32,000 nt of DNA from NCBI GenBank assembly GCA_049974095.1, contig JBMFJD010000007.1, positions 25,719 to 57,718 on the forward strand, given 5' to 3'. This document shows, piece by piece, positions 1-7,423 of this stretch. The stretch comes from Nanopusillaceae archaeon. GTDB taxonomy: Archaea; Nanobdellota; Nanobdellia; Nanobdellales; Nanobdellaceae. Both the position numbers and the translations under genes were made by a program. The notes under the pieces are model-generated. The model saw nothing but the letters and a program-made list of their open reading frames with translations, was not told where the DNA came from and ran no database searches. Within the stretch, counting starts at the first letter, position 1. The number at the start of each line of letters is the position of its first letter.

Positions 1-265
1 AAAATGATAATGGAGAAATGTATGTATCTTCGTCAATATAAAGAATTTTATTATTCTTATAAGAATATTTCCATACCCTTTTTATTTCCCTAATATATTT
101 CCATGTATGTGCTAAATGAATATATCTAAATATATCTTTTCTAACTTTTCCTATTTTTTCATAATTTTTTCTAATTACTTTTTCAATTATTTTTACCCTT
201 TTATTGTTTTCAATATGACTTTTGCTATTATGATATCTCAAATATCTTGAATATAGTATTAACAT
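1..265 (-). CDS. hypothetical protein, N-terminal part only (gene runs off the window start)
   Basis: Manual minus-strand translation. ATG at 265..263 opens an uninterrupted frame to position 1 (MLILYSRYLRYHNSKSHIENNKRVKIIEKV...). It is absent from the ORF track because there is no stop inside the window. It is divergent from thiI with a 35 bp spacer. No family recognised. Confidence 0.3.
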   Translation of the reverse strand, partial: MLILYSRYLRYHNSKSHIENNKRVKIIEKVIRKNYEKIGKVRKDIFRYIHLAHTWKYIREIKRVWKYSYKNNKILYIDEDTYISPLSF

Positions 266-300
266 AATAATTTATTGAATTTAATATTAAAATTTATTTT

Positions 301-1614
301 ATGTATAACTCAATACTAATTGGTGTAGATGAAATTTGGATTAAATCTGAAAATGTAAAAAAGAAACTAATTAATCTATTAATTGATGATATAGAAAGAA
401 GAATAAAATTTAACAAAATTGAAAATAGAAGAGGAAGAATAATTATATGGGATTATAAAGATGAATGGAGAAATATATTGCAAAAAATATTTGGAATAAA
501 AAATATTTATCCTTCTTTTTATTTTGAAACTTCTTTAGAAAACATAATAAAATATTCATTAGAATTTTTTAAGAATTTTAATGGAACTTTTAAGATTTCT
601 ACAAAAAGAATTGATAAAAATTTTCCATATAAATCAATAGAAATAAATAAAATTATAGGAGAAGAAATAGTAAAGAAATATAATTTAAAAGTTGATGTAA
701 AAAATCCTGAAAAAGAACTATTTATTGAAATACATAAAGACTATACATTTTTTTATGATAAAAAAATATCTGGATCTGGAGGCTTTCCATTGGGATCAGA
801 AGGTAAAGGATTATTATTATTCTCCGGAGGATCTGATTCTTCTGTTGCAAGTTATATGATAGGAAAAAGAGGAATGAATATTGATTTTTTATTTATAAAT
901 CTTGCAGGGGATACATATTTACAATATATATATAGAGTTTATGAAAAATTAAAAGAATATTTTCCAGATTCTAATTTATTTGTATATAATTTGGATATCG
1001 AAAAATTATTTAATGTAAGAGAAGGATATAGACAAATATTATTTAAAGCAATAATTTATAAAATTGCAGAAGAATTTGCAAAGAAATATAATTATGATGC
1101 AATAATAACTGGAGAATCTTTAGGGCAAGTCTCATCTCAAACAATTCATTCTTTAAAAGTATTAAATAAAATAATTAATTTTCCAATATTTAGACCATTA
1201 ATTGGATTTAATAAAGATGAGATAATTGAATTATCGAAGAAGATTGGAATATATGATATAAGAGCTCCAGAAATTTGTGAAATAGAAAAGCATTCAAAAA
1301 CAAAGCCAAAATATGAAATTGTTATAGAAGAATTTAAAAAAATAGATATAGATTTTGAAAAAGAAATAGAAAAAATAAATAAAATTGAAAATATTGAAAT
1401 AAAGGAATATAATTTAATCTTACCAAATAAAGAAAATTTAATAATAGTAAAATCTGAAGATTTTTCAAATTATAAATTTGAAAAGGGGAAAAAATATTTA
1501 TTAATATGTAAAAATGGAATATTATCAAAATATATGTCTGAAAAATTAAGAAAAGAAGGAATAGAAGCATATTATTTAGATGAAAAAACAGCTAAACGAT
1601 TAAATTATATATAA
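301..1614 (+). CDS. thiI: tRNA 4-thiouridine synthase ThiI (THUMP + PP-loop ATPase + C-terminal rhodanese-like domain)
   Basis: PP-loop motif LLLFSGGSDSSVASYMIGKRG (SGGxDS). Adenine-nucleotide alpha-hydrolase core (ITGESLGQVSSQT). C-terminal segment LLICKNGILSKYMSEKLRKEGIEAYYL looks like a rhodanese active-site Cys loop. Confidence 0.85.
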   Translation: MYNSILIGVDEIWIKSENVKKKLINLLIDDIERRIKFNKIENRRGRIIIWDYKDEWRNILQKIFGIKNIYPSFYFETSLENIIKYSLEFFKNFNGTFKISTKRIDKNFPYKSIEINKIIGEEIVKKYNLKVDVKNPEKELFIEIHKDYTFFYDKKISGSGGFPLGSEGKGLLLFSGGSDSSVASYMIGKRGMNIDFLFINLAGDTYLQYIYRVYEKLKEYFPDSNLFVYNLDIEKLFNVREGYRQILFKAIIYKIAEEFAKKYNYDAIITGESLGQVSSQTIHSLKVLNKIINFPIFRPLIGFNKDEIIELSKKIGIYDIRAPEICEIEKHSKTKPKYEIVIEEFKKIDIDFEKEIEKINKIENIEIKEYNLILPNKENLIIVKSEDFSNYKFEKGKKYLLICKNGILSKYMSEKLRKEGIEAYYLDEKTAKRLNYI

Positions 1615-2082
1615 TTTCTTCAAGAAGTTAGGTTTAAAAGTAAATTTTACTAATACATATAAGTATGTTATATTCTTCAAATAATATAAGAGAAGCAACA
1701 TATAATGATATAAAATGAATATAAATTAAATAATGAGAATTATATAAAGAAATTATTAGATAAAAGAGATGTAATATTGATATATGAGGAAAAGAAAAAT
1801 ATATGGAATTTCTCATTGGTCAATTAAAGATGGTATATATTGGAATGAATATACTGGAGTAATAAAAGAAAATGGTGGGAAAAATATTTGTAAATGAGAT
1901 AATCAATATAATAGAAGGAAAATACAATTATATAGGATATATTTGAGATAGAAAAAGATAATAATATAAAAATATATGGAATAAATCCAAATAAAATAAC
2001 TGGAACATTTGAACATAATGAAAAAGAATTTATAAAAGAGTTAGGAAAAGCAGTTTATTAATTTTTTCTTAAATATTTTTTT

Positions 2083-2961
2083 ATGATAATAATACCTATT
2101 GCTTTTGATTCCTTTTCTACAAGATCAATGGCTACAATTGTTAAAACAGATATTAATATATTTATTGATCCTTCTATTGCAATTGGACCTAGAAGATATG
2201 GTTTTAAACCACATCCAATTGAATTAGAAGAAATGGATAAAAAGAAAGATGAGATAATAGAATTATCAAAAGATATAGATCTAATAATTATTACTCACTA
2301 TCATTGGGATCATTGTCCAAGACCTGAAGAGAAGCATTTTAAAATATTATATAATAAAAAAATAATTTTAAAGAATATAAACGATAAAATAAATAACTCA
2401 CAAAAAAATAGAGGAAAAAGAGTAATAGGAAATTTAAAAAATAATAATGAAATTATCTTTGGAGATAATAAAAAATTTGAAATAAATAATACATATATAG
2501 AAATTTCTCCCTCATTATTTCATGGCGAAGAAAATTCTCCTCTTGGATTTTTAATAGCTCCTTATATTGAATATAAAAACAAATCTTTATTTTTTGGATC
2601 TGATATTCAAGGAATATTAAATGACCAAACACTAAATTATATAATTGAAAAAAATCCAGATTATATAATTTTATCTGGCCCTCCATTTTATCATCCAAAA
2701 TGGGATAATAATTTAAATGACATATTTTATTCAAATATTGTAAAGTTATTAGAAAATACAAAAGTAGATAAAATAATAATTGATCATCATATGGCAAGAT
2801 CAAAAGATTATTTTAAAATATTAGAAAATCTAAATGAAATCGGAGAAAATTATGGAGCTAAATTTTTATCTGCTGCAGATTATTTAAACATTGAAAACAA
2901 ATTATTAGAAGCAAATAGAGATATCTTATATCAACAAAATAGCGCCGCCGGTGGGATTTGA
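2083..2961 (+). CDS. metallo-beta-lactamase-fold protein (archaeal UPF0282-like)
   Basis: N-terminus MIIIPIAFDSFSTRSMAT...FIDPSIAIGPRRYG and the histidine motif ITHYHWDHC (HxHxDH-type) fit MBL-fold UPF0282 proteins. The last 19 nt overlap tRNA-Asn on the opposite strand. Confidence 0.6.
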   Translation: MIIIPIAFDSFSTRSMATIVKTDINIFIDPSIAIGPRRYGFKPHPIELEEMDKKKDEIIELSKDIDLIIITHYHWDHCPRPEEKHFKILYNKKIILKNINDKINNSQKNRGKRVIGNLKNNNEIIFGDNKKFEINNTYIEISPSLFHGEENSPLGFLIAPYIEYKNKSLFFGSDIQGILNDQTLNYIIEKNPDYIILSGPPFYHPKWDNNLNDIFYSNIVKLLENTKVDKIIIDHHMARSKDYFKILENLNEIGENYGAKFLSAADYLNIENKLLEANRDILYQQNSAAGGI

Positions 2962-3014
2962 ACCCACGACCCTCCGGTTAACAGCCGGATGCTCTACCAC
3001 TGAGCTACGGCGGC
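2943..3014 (-). tRNA. tRNA-Asn (anticodon GUU), 72 nt, no intron, CCA not encoded
   Basis: Reverse complement folds by hand: GCCGCCG TA GCTC AGTGGTA GAGC A TCCGG CTGTTAA CCGGA GGGTC GTGGG TTCAAAT CCCAC CGGCGGC G. All stems pair and the anticodon loop reads CU-GUU-AA. Confidence 0.9.
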
Positions 3015-3082
3015 ATATAATTAAATATAATGTAGCAAAAATTTAATATAAATTTTTATGTTAGGAAATTGTATAATAATAA

Positions 3083-3544
3083 ATGGAGGTATATGGTATT
3101 GGAATAAAAATTGAAGTAGAAAGCGGAGAATTAAAAATCAGGAAAGAAAAAAATCAAATGATATTAGAGTATAATAAACAGGTTTCTTCTAATATGTATA
3201 ATGATTATAAGAAAAAATGGGAGGCAAGGATATTATTTGAGGATAATAAAATAAAGTTATTAGACAGCAATATTAATTTATATATATATGATTTTAATCA
3301 AATAAACAATAAAGAAAGAATTTTTGGTTTTAACAAAGTAATATATCTAGGATATAACTTAAAGAAAGATGAAGAATTTGAAATAAAAGATAAACCTTTC
3401 TTATTATCTCCTTCAGATAAGATTATACTAGGAGATGGAAAAATAGAGAGTTCTTTCTATAGCAAATTAGTAGATGAAAACAGAATATCCAGAGATATAT
3501 TATATATAATGGACGGATTATTAATTATTAATAATATTATCTAA
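3083..3544 (+). CDS. hypothetical protein
   Basis: 153-aa ORF with coding-like composition. No motif recognised. Its 3' end overlaps the convergent AGOG gene by 24 nt. Confidence 0.4.
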   Translation: MEVYGIGIKIEVESGELKIRKEKNQMILEYNKQVSSNMYNDYKKKWEARILFEDNKIKLLDSNINLYIYDFNQINNKERIFGFNKVIYLGYNLKKDEEFEIKDKPFLLSPSDKIILGDGKIESSFYSKLVDENRISRDILYIMDGLLIINNII

Positions 3545-4231
3545 ATATTCTTTTAATTCAATAATTTTTTCTCTTAACTCTTTTTCCTCTATTTTTTCTA
3601 TTTCTTCTTTATCCATTCCCATTGTTATCCATATTATAGAATCTATATGTAATAAAGGTATATTTACTTTTTTAGATAATTTTATCCAAAATTCCTTGTC
3701 TTTATTAATTTTTCCTATTCTGTTATCTATAGGAATAAATATTTCAAATGGAAAAATTATTTTATATCCAATTATCCTTAATCCGTATCCAAAAATTTTA
3801 ATAGAAAATACTATAGTTTTATCATTTTCCTTTTGTCCCATTACTTTAGCTAATTCTTTATTTAATTCTATTAACCTATCCTTATAACTGATTAAATCTT
3901 TGTTTTTTATCCAATCACATATTTTTTTCAATCTTTTAATCTTTATTTCTAGAAATCTACTATTATATTTTTCTAAAAATACTATAAAATCTCCACATAT
4001 ATTTGAATGATTTTCTGAAAAAAACTTAGAAAATATTTCCCAAAATTTTTCTCCTTTATATGATAATTGAAAAGATAAAAGAGAATTAATTAAAATTAAT
4101 TTTAAAAACAAGTTTTTATCCTTTAAATTTTCATATAATTTCTTTAAATATATATATTGTTTATCATAATTTTCTTCAAAATATAATATCTCATCTATAT
4201 TGAACTTCGATAATATATCAATAAGATTCAT
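3521..4231 (-). CDS. N-glycosylase/DNA lyase, archaeal 8-oxoguanine DNA glycosylase (AGOG family)
   Basis: Matches blocks remembered from Pyrobaculum AGOG: LINSLLSFQLSYKGEKFWEIFSKFFS, DKTIVFSIKIFGYGL (catalytic Lys context), PFEIFIPIDNRIGKI (Asp context), IPLLHIDSIIWI. Confidence 0.8.
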   Translation of the reverse strand: MNLIDILSKFNIDEILYFEENYDKQYIYLKKLYENLKDKNLFLKLILINSLLSFQLSYKGEKFWEIFSKFFSENHSNICGDFIVFLEKYNSRFLEIKIKRLKKICDWIKNKDLISYKDRLIELNKELAKVMGQKENDKTIVFSIKIFGYGLRIIGYKIIFPFEIFIPIDNRIGKINKDKEFWIKLSKKVNIPLLHIDSIIWITMGMDKEEIEKIEEKELREKIIELKEYLDNIINN

Positions 4232-4259
4232 TTATTAAAATTTAAAATAAACTTAATAA

Positions 4260-4532
4260 ATGGAAATAAATATAGAAGAATTCTTTTATTATCTAAATAG
4301 AGAATATGAAAAATTAAATAAAATATTTGAAAAGATAATTTTTAAGGATAAAAGATTTGAAGAATTTTTATTATCTTATTATAAAGATATGAAATATTTT
4401 TATGAAAATAAGGAATATGTAAAAGCATTTGAATTAGAAAACTATATTTGGGGCATATTAGATGCATTAATTAATTTAAATCTAATAGAAGTACCAGAAG
4501 ATTATAAAAAATGGTTTAAATTATTTGTTTAA
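4260..4532 (+). CDS. small DUF357-like protein
   Basis: The 90-aa helical protein contains YYKDMKYFYENKEYVKAFELENYIWGILDALINLNLI. This resembles the DUF357 pattern (D..yf...gdy..A......Y..G.lDa....l). Call is from memory of the family and has not been searched. Confidence 0.45.
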   Translation: MEINIEEFFYYLNREYEKLNKIFEKIIFKDKRFEEFLLSYYKDMKYFYENKEYVKAFELENYIWGILDALINLNLIEVPEDYKKWFKLFV

Positions 4533-5696
4533 TCTCTCATATATCCTAATTAATTCATTTAATTTTGTAATTCTTTCTCCATTAACAATTCCAAATTTTA
4601 CATATGGAACTTCAAATCCAACTGTCAAATTTGCTAATATATTACTTTCTGTTTCTCCAGATCTATGAGATAATATAGGAATTAATTCATTTTCTTTACA
4701 TAATTTTACTGCATCATATGCTTTTACAATAGATCCTATTTGATTTGGTTTTATTATTACTCCCTTTACAGATTTATATACTAATGCTTTCTTTATTCTT
4801 TCAATATTTGTAACAGTCAAATCATCTCCAACTATTAATGCTTTTGTTTTATTATTTATTTCCGCAAATCCTTCAAAATCATCCTCATATAATGGATCTT
4901 CTACATAAAATAGATCATATAATTCAATTAATGATAATACATATTTTATTTGTTCTTCTCTAGAAAATATTTTATTTCTATAATTATATGAATTATTTTT
5001 ATATAATTGAGTTGCTGCCATATCAATTCCCAAATTTACTTTTAAATTGTAATCTTCTTTTATTTCATCAAATACCATTCTAATTATATTAAATACTGTT
5101 TCATCTTCTAAAGAAGTAACCCATGCTCCCTCATCATTTCTTCCATATAAAAATTTATCATCCAATAATTCCAATCTTTTTCCCAATAATTTATGTATAT
5201 AAGATGCAACATATATTGCTAAAGGTAAATTATCTGTATCCGGAGAAATTAAAAATTCCTGTATATTTGTACTTTTTCCTTTTGCATGAGCACCACCCCC
5301 AACAACATTTGCTAATATTCTAATATTCATTTTTGGATTTTTATTAAAAAATTCATAAATTGGCCTTCCTTCATAATTTGACCATGCTCTTAAAATTGCG
5401 TATTCCAATGCAATCAATGTATTTCCTCCATATCTTTTTATTCCTCCAATTGTTTCAAATTCTTCTTCAAATGCCCTTAAATCATCTAATGATTGTATAT
5501 CAAATGTTTTTACAAAATCTACCAATTCCTTATTAAATAGTTCTGCAGCTTTTTGAGAATCTAAATATGGAACTTCATTAGATCCTTTACTTGCACCTTC
5601 AGGAGCAGCTTCTGAATATCCATTTATTTCAATTTCTAAAGTAGGATCACCTCTAGAATTTAATACAACTCTTGCTTTAGCAGATTTTATCTCCAT
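4521..5696 (-). CDS. eno: enolase (phosphopyruvate hydratase), short form
   Basis: N-terminus ARVVLNSRGDPTLEIEI, IKPNQIGS, and the signature SHRSGETES. At 391 aa it is shorter than typical enolases. Confidence 0.9.
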   Translation of the reverse strand: MEIKSAKARVVLNSRGDPTLEIEINGYSEAAPEGASKGSNEVPYLDSQKAAELFNKELVDFVKTFDIQSLDDLRAFEEEFETIGGIKRYGGNTLIALEYAILRAWSNYEGRPIYEFFNKNPKMNIRILANVVGGGAHAKGKSTNIQEFLISPDTDNLPLAIYVASYIHKLLGKRLELLDDKFLYGRNDEGAWVTSLEDETVFNIIRMVFDEIKEDYNLKVNLGIDMAATQLYKNNSYNYRNKIFSREEQIKYVLSLIELYDLFYVEDPLYEDDFEGFAEINNKTKALIVGDDLTVTNIERIKKALVYKSVKGVIIKPNQIGSIVKAYDAVKLCKENELIPILSHRSGETESNILANLTVGFEVPYVKFGIVNGERITKLNELIRIYERLNK

Positions 5697-5763
5697 AAAT
5701 ATAATTTTATGTTTTCAAATTTTAATAAATGTTTAAAATAAATTTAGAAAATCTATTAATATT

Positions 5764-5841
5764 ATGAAGAACATATTAATTACAGGAGCTGGGGGACCTG
5801 CTGGTATAAATGTAATTAAATTATTGAAAGATAATGAATAA
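5764..5841 (+). pseudogene. 25-codon N-terminal remnant of a glycine-loop (Rossmann / pre-ATP-grasp type) enzyme
   Basis: Manual translation gives MKNILITGAGGPAGINVIKLLKDNE followed by a stop. The conserved-looking GAGGPAG loop uses locally GC-rich codons and then the reading frame ends abruptly. It abuts an oppositely oriented pilin-like fragment. Confidence 0.4.
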
Positions 5842-6125
5842 AGATTTACAGTTGCTCCAGCCAACCCATTATAAACCGATGAATAATTAGCAACTTGTAA
5901 AACAATCTGAGTATAATTCGATGGATTTATACTACTAGGATATCCAGCATTTTGTATAAAACTACAAGAAGCTCCACTTACATTATAATTACATATATCA
6001 GTATCTCCATTAGTACCTCCTATTTTTATATATAAATTATTTAAACTAATAGAAACACTACAGTATTCAGTATTCTGTAAATTACTTTTTTCTTTAAAAT
6101 CTACTACTTTTTTATATTTGTTACA
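5838..6125 (-). pseudogene. start-less pilin-like C-terminal domain fragment (paralogue of the adjacent pilin)
   Basis: The minus-strand frame is open for about 96 codons directly after a TAG at 6128..6126, with no ATG/GTG/TTG near its beginning (CNKYKKVVDFKEKSNLQNTEYCSVSISL...NGLAGATVNLY). Its end resembles the C-terminus of the neighbouring pilin (SSLTGATIYILY). There is no signal peptide or TM segment. Confidence 0.4.
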
Positions 6126-6133
6126 CTAACGTA

Positions 6134-6649
6134 TTAACAATTAATAGTTTCTGACGCAATCTGATTTCCTCCATAGAGTATATAAATTGTTGCTCCGGTC
6201 AAACTACTTACCGAATTATTAACATAAATATCAATTATAGATATATTTCCTGGAGAAATATATTGTATTGAGGAAGAAGAAATATCTGTAATATTATATA
6301 ATATACAATCCAAATATTGTATATTCTGTGTATGATAATCATATGGACATTTTATAGTCTCTCCAGAAAGTGTATTTATTTCTACAGATAAGGATTGTGG
6401 ATAAATATCAACAGAACCTGTATTACTAACTGTTAAATTAAGAGACGTTACATTTATAGGCTTACCACCTACACTTATTTGAACACTCGAATTACATGAG
6501 GAACTTAAATATTCTAATTGAGCACCTAAATTTGAAACTTGACCTCTAACATATCCTCTTGCCCATCCAACTATAATAGCACCTAAAGCAACTGTTAGAG
6601 CAATTAATATAATTGTTGCAATCAGTGGAGATACAGATCTTTTCATCAT
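6134..6649 (-). CDS. archaeal type IV pilin-like protein (Pilin_N / class III signal peptide)
   Basis: N-terminus MMKRSVSPLIATIILIALTVALGAIIVG matches the archaeal pilin N-terminal domain (KR-x-VSP-IAT-hydrophobic helix). The Ser/Thr/Asn-rich body has about 6 N-x-S/T sequons. Confidence 0.8.
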   Translation of the reverse strand: MMKRSVSPLIATIILIALTVALGAIIVGWARGYVRGQVSNLGAQLEYLSSSCNSSVQISVGGKPINVTSLNLTVSNTGSVDIYPQSLSVEINTLSGETIKCPYDYHTQNIQYLDCILYNITDISSSSIQYISPGNISIIDIYVNNSVSSLTGATIYILYGGNQIASETINC

Positions 6650-6685
6650 ATAAGATTAACATACATTGTAATATATAAATCTAAT

Positions 6686-6964
6686 TTACAACTTCTTCTT
6701 AATTTTTAATTTTAATCTATCCCAAGGTCTTTGATTTATTAACTTTCCATCTAAAAAAATAATATAATCATTATAATAAAAAATAAATTTAGAAACATTT
6801 TTTGGAACGATTTTTATGCTATCTCCAGTTTTAACATAAAAAACATTCTTCGTCTCATCAATTATTTCTCCATATATTCCCTCTAAAGATTTAATCTTAC
6901 TTTTATATACTTCTACATTTAATCCTATATATTCAAAAGATAAAAAATTCTTATTCAATTTCAT
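6686..6964 (-). CDS. rnp1: RNase P protein component 1 (Rpp29/Pop4)
   Basis: YIGLNVEVYKSKIKSLEGIYGEIIDETKNVFYVKTGDSIKIVPKNVSKFIF aligns with Pyrococcus Rpp29 (ELIGLKVRVV...GIEGYVIDETRNMLVI...KVPKDVCIFEF). Synteny with uL29 and SUI1 supports the call. Confidence 0.85.
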   Translation of the reverse strand: MKLNKNFLSFEYIGLNVEVYKSKIKSLEGIYGEIIDETKNVFYVKTGDSIKIVPKNVSKFIFYYNDYIIFLDGKLINQRPWDRLKLKIKKKL

Positions 6965-7265
6965 TAGATACTTCTATATTTTCTTCTTTATATCCTAAGT
7001 CTACCAATAATTTCTTTATTTTTTCTCTATGATCTCCTTGCAATTCTATTAAATTATCCTTATACGTTCCTCCGCATCCTAGCTTTTGTTTTAAATTTTT
7101 TAATGTTTCTTTTGCAATAGAAGGATCAATTCCCTCAATTATTGTAACAATTTTTCCATAACTCCTTTTCTCTGCCCTTACAATTATTTTCTGAAACTCC
7201 TTCTCTATTTCTTTTGTCGTATTCTCTATATCAGTTGGAAGTCCAGAAAATAATTTCTTTTTCAT
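6951..7265 (-). CDS. translation initiation factor aSUI1 (eIF1 homologue)
   Basis: SUI1 core: IIVRAEKRSYGKIVTIIEGI...LKQKLGCGGTYKDNLIELQGDHREKIKKLLVDLGY. Confidence 0.9.
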   Translation of the reverse strand: MKKKLFSGLPTDIENTTKEIEKEFQKIIVRAEKRSYGKIVTIIEGIDPSIAKETLKNLKQKLGCGGTYKDNLIELQGDHREKIKKLLVDLGYKEENIEVSNEIE

Positions 7266-7396
7266 TCCATAGATAACTTTTCTTTGGCCATTTTCTTTCT
7301 CAAATTCCTTATTGCCTTTGTATTATTTCCTAAATTTCCTTTTCTTGCTTGGCTCCTTAATTTTATTAATTCAACAACTTCTTCAATACGAGCCAT
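7262..7396 (-). CDS. rpl29: ribosomal protein uL29 (miniaturised, 44 aa)
   Basis: Manual translation gives MARIEEVVELIKLRSQARKGNLGNNTKAIRNLRKKMAKEKLSME. This fits the uL29 pattern (LR.q...G.l.N..kIR..Rk.iAr). An ATGA overlap joins it to the SUI1 start. The order L29-SUI1-Rpp29 is the conserved archaeal one. It is below the ORF-track length cutoff. Confidence 0.5.
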   Translation of the reverse strand: MARIEEVVELIKLRSQARKGNLGNNTKAIRNLRKKMAKEKLSME

Positions 7397-7423
7397 TATA
7401 ATATATCATTGTACTCATGATAT

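Noticed and set aside
5781-5805. Orphan GC-rich patches checked as possible split-tRNA halves or other structured RNAs, as known from Nanoarchaeum
   Set aside because: The only GC-rich islands are the four complete tRNAs. The small GC-rich patch at 5781..5805 encodes the GAGGPAG glycine loop of a gene fragment and has no tRNA-half stem structure.
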